DNA from: a virus
Lineage: Duplodnaviria; Caudoviricetes
IMG/VR virus record: IMGVR_UViG_3300048574_000161
Span: 1 to 42,810 of that record
DNA: 42,810 nucleotides
Strand: one strand, 5' to 3'
A program made the position numbers and the translations under genes. The notes below the pieces were generated by a model, which did not search any database, was not told the origin of the DNA, and was given only the letters and a program-made list of their open reading frames with translations. The stretch's first letter is position 1. Each line of letters opens with the position of its first letter. Shown here piece by piece: positions 26,601 to 35,853 of this stretch.

Positions 26601-29101
26601 CGACCGGCTTCGAGTTCTACATCGATATTGAGGACGCGGCGGGCAACCGCTTGGGGTCGGGGCCGATCACGTCGGCCAACGAATGGCAGTACACGGCGCG
26701 CACCGACCGGGCCGGAAGCTTCAAATTTGAAATGCCGGCGGCTGACCCCAAGTCGGCGCTTGTGCAGCGCAAGCGCAAGGCGCGAGCCTGGGCCAAAGTT
26801 GGCGGCGCCTGGACAGAGGTAGGGGCCGGCATTATCGACCGGATCGACCGCAAGGCGGACGCGGACGGCGAATTGCGCCTCCTCGTATCCGGCGATGACG
26901 AACTGCGCGAGCTGGCGGGCCGCTCGGTGGGGTGGTTGAGCCTGGCGGGCAGCGGGGCCGGCCTCACGCACGCGGCGGCGGTGGCGGCGGTGGCGGCGGC
27001 GGTGGCTACGGGCTGGACAATGGCGGCGGCGTCCTCACCGGCCAACAATTACATCTATGGGCGCTTTGCTGGGGAGAGCGTGCTGGCCGCGCTCGTGGCG
27101 GTCGCCGACAAGACACAGACGCACTTCTACCGATCCGGGCCGCGGACGTTGACCTTTGCCTCCGCTTTCAGCGCGTCAGGCGTCCGGGCAATCCAGGCCC
27201 AAGACGACCTGAGCAGCGACACCTGCGCCATTGTCGAGCTTGCGGAGAGCGTGGAGACGTTCGACCTCCTGACCAGGATCGTACCCCTGGGCAGCGGCAA
27301 CGGCGAGACGCGGCTCACCCTGGCCGCCACCAGCCGCACCGCGCCGGCAGGCTACACGCTCAACAAGCCCGCCAACTATATCGAGCATGACGCCAGTGTC
27401 CTCGCGTTCGGGGTGATTGATTCGCCCTGGATCGAATTTAAGGACGTGCGCCCCGTGTCGAACACGGACGCGGATCTCCAGGCCGCGGCGGATATGCTCT
27501 TTGACCAGGCGCTTAAGCAGTTGACGCGGCGGGCGGTCGATATGCAGGCGGCCACGTACCAGGTCAGCCTCGCCGGTTGCGCCCGGCTCCTGCGCCCGCT
27601 GCAAACGCTGCGCCTGGTCTACCGTGACCTGGGGGCCGGGATCGACGTGGATCAGGATGTCAATATCCTGGCGGCTACGTGGCAGGTGACGGCGGACGGC
27701 GTGCAGACGACGGACGTAGAGCTATCCACCTCCGACCTGTGGCCGCAGAACGACACGGCGGCGGTGGTCGAACGGATTATGGAGGGGACGGTCTACCAGG
27801 CGCACCCTCAGCTAAACGCCAACGCCTACGTCATCGCCTACACCAAGCATCTGGACGATGTGCAGGCGAACCCCGCGCAGTTCCGCTTTCGCTTTGACCA
27901 GGAAGTGACGCAGCTCACGCGGGTCTGCTTTGACTTCCAACTTCTCCCCCTGGAGAGCACAGTCAAAAGCGTGGCGAGCAGCACGCCCACGAGCAGCGCA
28001 TCCGGCGACCACACGCACAGCGTGACGATTGCGGCTCACACACACAGCGTGACGATTGCGAGCCACCAGCACACGATCACGATTGACAGCCACACGCACG
28101 GCGTGACGATTCCCAACCACAATCACAGCGTGACGATTGCGAGCCACACGCACGACGTAACGGTCGCCGGCCACACGCACAGCGTGACGATCTTCGATCA
28201 CACGCACGGGCTTACGATTGGCGGCCATAACCACAGCGTGACGATTGGCGACCACACGCACACGGTGTCGGTTCCCAGCCACACGCACGGCGTGCCTGAC
28301 CACCAACACCGGATCAGGATCGGAGGCGGCAGTTCGCCCACGTATCCGGTCGGTTTCGGTGCGGCGGGCACGAGCGGCGGATTGGTTGCCAATGCCAGCG
28401 GCTCAGACTTCAACCTGCCCACCAACTCGGACAGCGGCAGCACCACCACGAACAGCGGCGGCGGCAGTTCGCCCACGAGCGGCAGCGGCGGCGGCACAAC
28501 CACCACCAGCAGCAGCACGGCGACGCAGGTTTACACCAGCGGCGGCGGCGGCGGCACGACGGCCACCAGCAGCAGCGGCGGCGGCACGACGGCCACCTCC
28601 ACAGCCGGCGGCGGCAGTTCGCCCACCAGCAGCGACGGCGGGGCGTTGAGCACCACCAGCGGCGCGGGCGGCGCGGTCGAAACCAGCAGCAGCGCCGGCG
28701 GGGGCACGACGGTCAGCAGCACCAGCGGCGGCGGCTCCACGCCCACGAGCGCCAGCGGCGGCAACCACACGCACACCGTCACGCCCACGATCACAATGGA
28801 GTATGGGGTCTTCCGCGACAGCGCCGGCAACGTGTTCGCCCTGGGCGATCTGGAGTACAGCCTCGACGGCTCCACCTGGTTCTACTTTATCCCCGGCGTC
28901 AACGGCTACGCATCCCTTGGCGGCGGCTGGAACCGGATCGACATCACGGCCCTGGTGCAGAACCCGACCACTTTGCGCCCGGCCAGCAGCAACAATCTGT
29001 TGCAAATCCGGCGCAAGTTGACCGGCGCAACCGGCAAGAAATGCACCATCGATGCACAGATGTCGATCCGCACCATCATTCAAGCCATAGCATTTACATA
29101 A
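26597..29101 (+). CDS. Tail hub/Tal-like protein with HxH-repeat needle insertion
   Basis: RAGSFKFEMP, LTRIVPLG; 12 tandem HxH repeats plus 1 distal; Gly/Ser/Thr repeats. Confidence 0.8.
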   Translation: MTTGFEFYIDIEDAAGNRLGSGPITSANEWQYTARTDRAGSFKFEMPAADPKSALVQRKRKARAWAKVGGAWTEVGAGIIDRIDRKADADGELRLLVSGDDELRELAGRSVGWLSLAGSGAGLTHAAAVAAVAAAVATGWTMAAASSPANNYIYGRFAGESVLAALVAVADKTQTHFYRSGPRTLTFASAFSASGVRAIQAQDDLSSDTCAIVELAESVETFDLLTRIVPLGSGNGETRLTLAATSRTAPAGYTLNKPANYIEHDASVLAFGVIDSPWIEFKDVRPVSNTDADLQAAADMLFDQALKQLTRRAVDMQAATYQVSLAGCARLLRPLQTLRLVYRDLGAGIDVDQDVNILAATWQVTADGVQTTDVELSTSDLWPQNDTAAVVERIMEGTVYQAHPQLNANAYVIAYTKHLDDVQANPAQFRFRFDQEVTQLTRVCFDFQLLPLESTVKSVASSTPTSSASGDHTHSVTIAAHTHSVTIASHQHTITIDSHTHGVTIPNHNHSVTIASHTHDVTVAGHTHSVTIFDHTHGLTIGGHNHSVTIGDHTHTVSVPSHTHGVPDHQHRIRIGGGSSPTYPVGFGAAGTSGGLVANASGSDFNLPTNSDSGSTTTNSGGGSSPTSGSGGGTTTTSSSTATQVYTSGGGGGTTATSSSGGGTTATSTAGGGSSPTSSDGGALSTTSGAGGAVETSSSAGGGTTVSSTSGGGSTPTSASGGNHTHTVTPTITMEYGVFRDSAGNVFALGDLEYSLDGSTWFYFIPGVNGYASLGGGWNRIDITALVQNPTTLRPASSNNLLQIRRKLTGATGKKCTIDAQMSIRTIIQAIAFT

Positions 29102-29116
29102 ATGGAGGCAAAGGAA

Positions 29117-29440
29117 ATGACACACAAACAGGCGGCGCAGGTAGAAAGGCTGGCAGCCACAGAGGGGGCCGCGCCCGCGCCGCTGGCCGCGCCGGGGCCG
29201 GTCGGAGTGACGGACGCCGAGGCGCTCCAGTTCGTCTACGATGGCCGGCAACGCATCACGGCGCTGGCCGTGGCTGTGCGTAACCTGCGCGAGTGGGTGG
29301 ACGTGTTCGAGCAACGCGGCGGCGCGGCGGTCTATGGCGAGGATGCGCTGGCGATGGTCTACCTGTACAACGACCTGCAAGCGGGCTTTCTCGACGCAAC
29401 CAAGCGGGCGCTCTTTGCCCGGCTGCGCACGGACATTTGA
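29117..29440 (+). CDS. Hypothetical protein
   Basis: GGAGG/AAGGA RBS. Confidence 0.55.
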   Translation: MTHKQAAQVERLAATEGAAPAPLAAPGPVGVTDAEALQFVYDGRQRITALAVAVRNLREWVDVFEQRGGAAVYGEDALAMVYLYNDLQAGFLDATKRALFARLRTDI

Positions 29441-29452
29441 GAGGGGGAGAAG

Positions 29453-29698
29453 ATGACAAAGGGACAAGGCAAGCCGATCCGGTTGAGCAGCGCGGACGTG
29501 CGCGAGGGGCTGCGCCTGGAGCGCCAGATCGCCCGCGCCCATGACCTGATACACGTAGCCGAAAACGAGCACAAGCGCCATGTCGAGCACCTGCGGGCGA
29601 TGTATGGCGCGCCGGACGACTGGCAGTTGCGGGATTGGCTCAGGGGGTTTGAGCCGCCAGAGGAAGCGGCTGCGGAAGGGGGCCACACGCATGGCTGA
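29453..29698 (+). CDS. Hypothetical protein
   Basis: GGGGAG RBS; overlaps next gene. Confidence 0.55.
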   Translation: MTKGQGKPIRLSSADVREGLRLERQIARAHDLIHVAENEHKRHVEHLRAMYGAPDDWQLRDWLRGFEPPEEAAAEGGHTHG

Positions 29699-30278
29699 TG
29701 TGACAATTGCGGGACTGAGCACAGAACTGGTCACGCCGGGGGCCAACGACTGGATCGGCATCTGGGACATTGCCGCCGGGCAATACAAAAAAATCAAGCG
29801 GTCGAACCTGGTCGGGGTGAACGTGATCGGCGGCGGATCAATTGATCTGGGCGGCTTCACGTTGCAGGTGCCGGCGTCGGGCGTGGCGGCGCTGCTAGGG
29901 TCGGCGCAGACGTTCACGGCCAAGCAGACGCTGGCGGCAGGAGCTACGTCGGGCGCGCAGGCCAGCACCGCAGACGACGCAGCATTTTCGATTACCGCGC
30001 CTTCCAACGTCGGCGTACTGGTGTTGATGGTCGCTAATCTGGCGTCCGCGGCCGGGGCCGTGGCATTTCGCTGCCAATCTGGGTTTGCGGCGCAGGCGGC
30101 GCTCATTGCCAGCGCAGCCGGCACGATCCTGGCGACGGCGGTGGACACGGTGCTGACCGGCACGACGGGCACGGACGGCAAGATCACGGTCAGTCCCAAC
30201 GCCGCGGACAACAAAATCTATGTGGAGAATCGCAGCGGCGGCGCGCGTGTGTTCTCGTGGTTTTTCATCACCAACTAG
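29691..30278 (+). CDS. Tail fibre/receptor-binding-like protein
   Basis: Last late gene; MADVTIAGL...KKIKRSNL N-terminus, AQTFTAKQT fibre-like motif. Confidence 0.55.
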   Translation: MADVTIAGLSTELVTPGANDWIGIWDIAAGQYKKIKRSNLVGVNVIGGGSIDLGGFTLQVPASGVAALLGSAQTFTAKQTLAAGATSGAQASTADDAAFSITAPSNVGVLVLMVANLASAAGAVAFRCQSGFAAQAALIASAAGTILATAVDTVLTGTTGTDGKITVSPNAADNKIYVENRSGGARVFSWFFITN

Positions 30279-30447
30279 GCTTCCATCCGTGCCGCCATGC
30301 GGGCGGCAGTCGCGGCCGCTATCGGGGCGAACATGCGTGCTGCTATCGGGGCGGCGATGCGGGTGGCGGTCGGGGGGAATGGGGGCGGGCCAGAGTGGGG
30401 GAATTACGCTGTAGGGGGCGTTGCCTGGGAAACAGGGGGGAAGAGAG

Positions 30448-30478
30448 AGGGGCCGGTCAACGCGACCGGCCCCTGTTT
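30448..30478. terminator. Terminator between convergent arms
   Basis: AGGGGCCGGTC-aacgc-GACCGGCCCCT then GTTT. Confidence 0.65.
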
Positions 30479-30506
30479 GATTGGTGTTTGGCGTGTCGGG
30501 TGGGGG

Positions 30507-31388
30507 CTACTCCACCCGGTACGCCTTGGGCTTGTATAGCTCGTGCTCGACGCCGCGTTGGTGCGGGCGAATCCACACCGTGCGCCCATCCGGCAGGCGG
30601 CGGAAGTGGCCGCGCACGTCAAAGCGAAACGACACATGGCGTCCAGTCGCCTCGCCTGCCTCGCCGGCTGCGCTGCGCTCGCGGCTTACGCGACACAGAT
30701 AGTAATCCTCCAATGGCTTTTTACCATCCCTGATCCGGCGTTTGTTGATGGCGGGTGGCGTTTCCACCCGTGCGACTTCGATCCCTGGGCTGTTGATGTA
30801 GGCGAGGCACAATAGCCCTAGATTGGCGATCCGCTGCTTGTCGCGCACGTAGTCAGCGCCGCCGCCACCGTACGCGAAATCCTGCGACACACTGCCGTCG
30901 CCGGCCAGCGGCATGGCGGCGCGGTTAATGCTGGTGGACGTGTACCAGGCGATCACGTTGGCGACGCGCGTGCCGTCGCTGGGCACGGCCATGATCAGGC
31001 CGGCTATGCTGTCGCCTGGGTCGTTGGGCCGGCCAGACGTGCGCAGGCCAGACAAAAACTCAGATTCGGGGATGGGCTCGGTGAACTGGATGATCATGCA
31101 GTCGAACGGCGCTGGATAGTCGCCGGGCGCGAGCTGGCGGTCCACCGCGGCCAGAAACTCCATGATCTGGGCGCTGTCGAAAATAAACGTCTGCGCCTGG
31201 CGGGCAATGAAGCGCGTGATGTAGAAATCAACCGCGTCCGCGTATACTGCGACCTGGCCCGGCTCCAGGGTCGGGCGGATGGCGTCCATTTGGAGCAGGC
31301 GGTCATCGTCTGGCAGGCCACTGACGCGGCTGAATTGCGTCAGGGCCAGGTCGCAGATGCGCGTAATATCGTCTTTTATCAGTCGCAT
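30507..31388 (-). CDS. Uncharacterised phage protein with C-terminal RGHxR...WIxPHxRG motif
   Basis: FDVRGHFRRLPDGRTVWIRPHQRG. Confidence 0.65.
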   Translation of the reverse strand: MRLIKDDITRICDLALTQFSRVSGLPDDDRLLQMDAIRPTLEPGQVAVYADAVDFYITRFIARQAQTFIFDSAQIMEFLAAVDRQLAPGDYPAPFDCMIIQFTEPIPESEFLSGLRTSGRPNDPGDSIAGLIMAVPSDGTRVANVIAWYTSTSINRAAMPLAGDGSVSQDFAYGGGGADYVRDKQRIANLGLLCLAYINSPGIEVARVETPPAINKRRIRDGKKPLEDYYLCRVSRERSAAGEAGEATGRHVSFRFDVRGHFRRLPDGRTVWIRPHQRGVEHELYKPKAYRVE

Positions 31389-31777
31389 GGCTGCACCTGA
31401 TAATAAAACCCATCCGTGCCTGGTACGTCACTGGGCAGGGTGAGCATGTCGGTCAAACGGAATTCGATTTCGGGCAACTGACCTTTCAGGGCGGGGCCGG
31501 CGACGATCTTGTAACCTGCCAGCGGCGCGTACTCGGCGCCGTTGATGCTGATCCCCGTTTCGCCCTTGAGCGACTCCAACCGTCCGACGTTGCCATAAAT
31601 CTGGCCGTCGTGGACAATCACGCTGTGGTTGTCTACAGTGGCCCAGCCGCTGCTGTAGTACATGCGGTCAATTGCCGTGCGGATGATTTCGGTCAGGCTT
31701 CCGTGGCCGAATTTTTTCAGCACCTCAACTTGGCGCTCGGTGGCCTCGGTCAGTTGGATAGATGTCTGGCGTGGCAT
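31379..31777 (-). CDS. Ribbon-helix-helix-like regulator
   Basis: MPRQTSIQLTEATERQVEVL...SLTEIIRTAIDRMY; AAGGAG RBS. Confidence 0.65.
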   Translation of the reverse strand: MPRQTSIQLTEATERQVEVLKKFGHGSLTEIIRTAIDRMYYSSGWATVDNHSVIVHDGQIYGNVGRLESLKGETGISINGAEYAPLAGYKIVAGPALKGQLPEIEFRLTDMLTLPSDVPGTDGFYYQVQPCD

Positions 31778-31791
31778 GGTGTTACTCCTTG

Positions 31792-32145
31792 CTAGTCGCT
31801 CATACGGTCATAGCAGTCCGGGCAACTTGTACCCGAACTGGCGTTCATTACCAAAATCGACTCCACCGAGTGACCGCAGTCGCATTTCACCAACCGCGGC
31901 GGTGGTGACGCGGGCCGTTTGCGGCGGATGTAACCAACGCTATGATCGTAGAAGTGGTTGGGCGAATCGCACCAGGCGACGCGCTCGCCGCGATCCAGGG
32001 CCGCCGTGATTTCGGCCTCGCTCTTGCGGTTGCGCTCTGCCGCTGCCGTGATTGCGGCGGCGAGCGTTGCAGCGTCGGCAGTTGTGTAGGTGATCCCCCA
32101 ACTGCCAACATACCCATTCGTTATTTCGTACTGGTTAGGTTCCAT
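31792..32145 (-). CDS. Zn-ribbon protein
   Basis: KCDCGH...SCPDCY. Confidence 0.6.
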   Translation of the reverse strand: MEPNQYEITNGYVGSWGITYTTADAATLAAAITAAAERNRKSEAEITAALDRGERVAWCDSPNHFYDHSVGYIRRKRPASPPPRLVKCDCGHSVESILVMNASSGTSCPDCYDRMSD

Positions 32146-32157
32146 TTTTACCCTACC

Positions 32158-32481
32158 CTACTTTCCCCACCGGCTGCGATGGCCGGCGTTGCGGCGATTG
32201 AGATAGGCGTTAACCTGCTCAATCGCCTTGTCCGTGTTGTCGAACCCGATTTTGCCGATCTGCCCGCTAAAGGCTGCGCCGGTCATGCGCTGGAGTTCAG
32301 CGAGCACCGCGGCGTCGCGAGCGTAGCGGCTGACCAGTTCGGTGCTGGGGTTCGCGTGCCCCATCCGCTGCAAGGCCGCGGTAGCGGCGGCGGCGTCAGG
32401 CCGGGCGGCGGCCAGCGCATCACTTACCAGTTTTTCTACGTCGAACCGCTCGCCCCGAATCGTGCGCTTAGTTGTCGTCAT
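32158..32481 (-). CDS. Hypothetical protein
   Basis: Start re-called at ATG 32481 (MTTTKRTIR). Confidence 0.55.
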   Translation of the reverse strand: MTTTKRTIRGERFDVEKLVSDALAAARPDAAAATAALQRMGHANPSTELVSRYARDAAVLAELQRMTGAAFSGQIGKIGFDNTDKAIEQVNAYLNRRNAGHRSRWGK

Positions 32482-32528
32482 TGCCGATCTCTCTTTTTGG
32501 CGGGGAGGGCTACCCCTCCCCTTGGTTG

Positions 32529-32846
32529 CTACGCTTCGATTTCCAGTATGCCCATGCGGTTGATGTTCATGTGGGCCGGCGCTGCCTCCAGCGCCTTGAT
32601 CATTGCTGCCGCTACACCGTTCACCCATTCGGGCCGCACCATGCGATACGTTGCCTGGCTGCGGTCAACCGGCCAGGCCGTCACGTCATACCCAGTGGAC
32701 TCCGCGATGTCTTCGGAGTCATCGGGGCCAGTCGGGTCGCCTTCGCTGCCAAAACGAACCTCGATGTCCCAGTCGTTGACCTGGGCAACTGCGAACGTGG
32801 GGATTACCCAAGAGTCGCTTTTGAGATACTTGGCCTGAAATTTCAT
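32529..32846 (-). CDS. Hypothetical protein
   Basis: GGAG RBS; first gene after consensus promoter. Confidence 0.6.
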   Translation of the reverse strand: MKFQAKYLKSDSWVIPTFAVAQVNDWDIEVRFGSEGDPTGPDDSEDIAESTGYDVTAWPVDRSQATYRMVRPEWVNGVAAAMIKALEAAPAHMNINRMGILEIEA

Positions 32847-32893
32847 CTCCGTCTCCTTATTGCCTGTCTGTCTGTTTGCTTGCCTATGTCTCT

Positions 32894-32952
32894 ATTATAT
32901 ACGATTTTCGTATATTGTCAATACGGGAAATGGGGCAAATACGATTTTCGTA
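32894..32952 (-). promoter_or_regulatory. Consensus promoter with two palindromic operators
   Basis: Minus strand TTGACA-16bp-TATAAT (32894..32921); TACGATTTTCGTA at 32900..32912 and 32940..32952. Confidence 0.8.
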
Positions 32953-33027
32953 CATATTGGAGGGGAAACGTAGGTTTCGGCGGCGTCAATAGAGGAGCCG
33001 CTAATTTTTCTTAACAGTTGCTCTAAT

Positions 33028-33058
33028 AAAAGGCCCCGGCAACCCGCCGGGGCCTTTT
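33028..33058. terminator. Bidirectional intrinsic terminator
   Basis: AAAAGGCCCCGGC-aaccc-GCCGGGGCCTTTT. Confidence 0.85.
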
Positions 33059-33064
33059 GCGTGG

Positions 33065-33868
33065 TTAATCGTCGTCGTCGTCGCCCCAGGCGTCTGGTGC
33101 GTCTTCGGGGTCGTCGTCGTCGCCCCAGTCGTCCCAGTTGGCGGGCTGGGTGGCGGCGGCGAGTTCTTCTTCGACAGTAACAGCCTCATAGTATTCGTCG
33201 TCGTCGTCCGCGGCTTGATGCAGGCGCGGGGGCTGCGGGCGCACATGGCAGGAGGGGCGGCGGGCCAACTGGCTGCCGGCTGCCGGCTGCGCTGCGGCGG
33301 GGCGCATCCAGGCGAAAATCATGTCATCGCGGTGGTGCACCTCCACCGCGATGGCTGCGGGATCGTCGCAGCAATGGCGGGCAGCGGTGGCGGCCTGCGC
33401 CGTCAGCGGTAGCGCAGCCTTGGCGTAGTAGCCTGCGTCGTAGTAGACGCGCAGGATCGCCACGTCCTCGTTGGTCAGCATGGCATGGGCGCAGGGCAGC
33501 GATTGGACGCCGTACGCGGCCAGCCGCGCTCGTGTCTGCGCGTCATCTACATATTGGAAGCCGGTGAGTTGTTGTGCCTGCGCCTGTGTCCATGCTGCGC
33601 GGCGTGTGGGCTGGGTGGGCAACGCAGGGGCAGCCGGCGCAACCGGCGCATCCAGGATGATGGCGCTTTGGCGCGGCGGCTGGGGGCCGTCTTCGTCGGC
33701 GCGGCGGTTGTTGGCGGCCAGCGTTAGCAGTGCGACCGGCACGCCGGCTAGGACACCGAAAACCATGCCAGCCGCCATGCCCAGGGTGAATGGATCGAGT
33801 TGGCTGGCGAGTGCGATTCCGGTTAACACAAGGAACAAGAATACCAGGATTGCAATGAGATATTTCAC
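33065..33868 (-). CDS. Membrane-anchored protein with acidic tail
   Basis: GTG 33868 with GGAGGGAG RBS; two N-terminal TM segments; WGDDDD tail. Confidence 0.65.
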   Translation of the reverse strand: MKYLIAILVFLFLVLTGIALASQLDPFTLGMAAGMVFGVLAGVPVALLTLAANNRRADEDGPQPPRQSAIILDAPVAPAAPALPTQPTRRAAWTQAQAQQLTGFQYVDDAQTRARLAAYGVQSLPCAHAMLTNEDVAILRVYYDAGYYAKAALPLTAQAATAARHCCDDPAAIAVEVHHRDDMIFAWMRPAAAQPAAGSQLARRPSCHVRPQPPRLHQAADDDDEYYEAVTVEEELAAATQPANWDDWGDDDDPEDAPDAWGDDDDD

Positions 33869-34410
33869 AGTCTCCCTCCTGGAAACTTTACTGAGTACGC
33901 GTGCCACGTCGGGGCCTTGATCGCCCCCAGCGTGCGCTGCCACTCCAGGGCCGCTTCCACGTTGGGAAAGCGGCTGCGGTTGATCGCCCATCGCTGGTGC
34001 TGCGGCAGATAGAAATAGAGTTGGCGCGTCAGCGGCAGGCCGGCCACCAGATCGCCCACAATGCGGCGCAGCAGGCGGGCCTGCGGCTCGGAGAGGCCGT
34101 AGGAGCGGCGGCGGCTGCGCGACCACGGCGGGGCCTTGAGCACCATGCCGTCCTCGCGCACGTTCCACCACAGATCGGGCGCGCCGTCATAGAGCAGTTC
34201 CAGCCAGCGTTCGACTGCCCGCTGCGCCAGGTCAGCCTGCGCCGTGTGCACGACGCGCTGCGACTGTTCCTCGGCCAGGCGGATGATCTTGCCGCTGGCA
34301 TGGCTGTCTATGCGCGCCTGGCCGGATGCCAGCGTGCGGGCGGATAGCTCGCTGATGGTCTGCGCAACGTGGAACACGCCGGCGCGGGTGACGGTGGGGT
34401 TGGCGCTCAC
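33865..34410 (-). CDS. Hypothetical protein
   Basis: GTGA overlaps on both sides. Confidence 0.6.
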   Translation of the reverse strand: MSANPTVTRAGVFHVAQTISELSARTLASGQARIDSHASGKIIRLAEEQSQRVVHTAQADLAQRAVERWLELLYDGAPDLWWNVREDGMVLKAPPWSRSRRRSYGLSEPQARLLRRIVGDLVAGLPLTRQLYFYLPQHQRWAINRSRFPNVEAALEWQRTLGAIKAPTWHAYSVKFPGGRL

Positions 34411-35054
34411 TGTTCTCCTCCCAGCCGGCGGCGATTGGCTTCGAGTTGCGCGTCCACGATCTCACGTTCGATGCCGTGGCGGTGGGCCTGTTCCGCACGC
34501 AGGTAGCCCCACAGGCCGCGCGTGTTTCTGAGCGCGACGCCCTCCGGCGTGTGCTCCCAGTAGATGCGCAGCAACACCGAATAGGCGACAACGAAGGTCA
34601 GCCCGAAGATCAGCAGCGCCCAGAAACTGAGCAGCGGTACGTCGTAGAGCGCGACGGCGGCGACAACCATCACGGCGGCGGCGGTGACGGAGAGCGGCAG
34701 CGAGTACTTGAGCCACGCCCGCGCCCTGTCCTGGTGGCTGCCCAGCGTTTTGCCCTCGATCTGGGCAAAGGGCTGGATCGCCGCGCTCACGTTGGCGTCG
34801 GGGCTGGCTAGGTTCACCTCCGGCAGCCGGATGATCTCCGACGCGGCGGGCACGTAGCCGGATGGGCGGCGGGCGGGTAGCTGGCGCGCCTCGCTGGCGG
34901 CCTCCTCTTCCCAGTTGATCCGGCGCACCTGGGCGGGGTGCAGCGCGGGCGGGCTGGGCGGCGCGGCTGGCTCCAGTTCGGAGCGCACGTAGGCGGACGG
35001 CTGGCGCGGGGCCGGGCCGGTTGGTTGGGGCGGTTGGCGGCGGAACAGGCTCAT
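34407..35054 (-). CDS. Two-TM membrane protein
   Basis: ATGA overlap; Pro-rich N-terminus, two hydrophobic helices. Confidence 0.65.
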   Translation of the reverse strand: MSLFRRQPPQPTGPAPRQPSAYVRSELEPAAPPSPPALHPAQVRRINWEEEAASEARQLPARRPSGYVPAASEIIRLPEVNLASPDANVSAAIQPFAQIEGKTLGSHQDRARAWLKYSLPLSVTAAAVMVVAAVALYDVPLLSFWALLIFGLTFVVAYSVLLRIYWEHTPEGVALRNTRGLWGYLRAEQAHRHGIEREIVDAQLEANRRRLGGEQ

Positions 35055-35593
35055 AGTATCCCCCATGCTTTGCAGGCAAACCACCAGGCAGCGGCGACGA
35101 ACAGGCCCATCATGCCGGCGACGAACAGCCAGCGGCGGCGGTCGCGGGGGCCGATTACGCGCTCAGAGATCAGGAGCGTGACGACCAGGCCGGCGACGAT
35201 GATGGCCGCGGCGCGGGTCGTGTCGGGATTCAGGCCCAGACCGCCGGCCCAGGCCGCCATGCGGGCGGATTGGGTGACGACGGCGTAGACGACGCCCAGG
35301 GCCAGCACGAAGCCCAAGGCGTCGGTGGCCGTGCTGCGGTTGCCGGGCCGGCGGCTGAGGAGATCGAACCCGCCGCGTTCGGCGCCAAACTGCGGGCGCT
35401 GGGACTGGTAGCCGAGCACCTGGTCAATGATCGGCTGGCCGGCCTCCATTGTGGTCAGGTTGCCGGCGGCATCCAAGTCGAACGGAATGCCGGCGGCGTC
35501 CAGTTGCGACATCAGCCAGCGCAGCCGCCAGGGCGGCACGGGGACAGTGATCGTGGCGTTGTCATTGCCGCGGGGCAGGTTGTAGGCGGTCAC
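35051..35593 (-). CDS. Three-TM membrane protein
   Basis: GTGA overlap; three hydrophobic segments. Confidence 0.6.
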   Translation of the reverse strand: MTAYNLPRGNDNATITVPVPPWRLRWLMSQLDAAGIPFDLDAAGNLTTMEAGQPIIDQVLGYQSQRPQFGAERGGFDLLSRRPGNRSTATDALGFVLALGVVYAVVTQSARMAAWAGGLGLNPDTTRAAAIIVAGLVVTLLISERVIGPRDRRRWLFVAGMMGLFVAAAWWFACKAWGIL

Positions 35594-35853
35594 AGCGCAC
35601 CCCCTTCGCGCGTCGCCAGCCACACGTCGGCGGACAGCGCGACCAGGTAGCCATCCAGCGCGGCGGGGTCAGCCTCGCCGCGGGCGATCAGGCCGGCGGT
35701 CGGGAGATCGACCAGGCCATTATCGAGCAGCGCGCCCAAGATGGCGGCGGCGCTGGCGACGGCGGGCGGGCGGTTCTGCGCGGCGCAGCGGGCGGCAATT
35801 TCGGCGCTCCAGGTGCGGCCAAAGGGGCTGGGGGTTGGTGGCAAAGTAGACAT
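35590..35853 (-). CDS. Hypothetical protein
   Basis: AGGAG RBS. Confidence 0.55.
   Translation of the reverse strand: MSTLPPTPSPFGRTWSAEIAARCAAQNRPPAVASAAAILGALLDNGLVDLPTAGLIARGEADPAALDGYLVALSADVWLATREGGAL

Noticed and set aside
28010-28775. 27-bp and 30-bp periodic repeats as a CRISPR array or DGR
   Set aside because: Repeats are degenerate, in frame and coding, with no unique spacers; no cas or reverse transcriptase gene seen
30290-30380. 12-bp-period GC repeat / ORF MRAAVAAAIGANMRAAIGAAM
   Set aside because: No RBS, low complexity, and the ORF runs across the terminator; cannot support a gene or function
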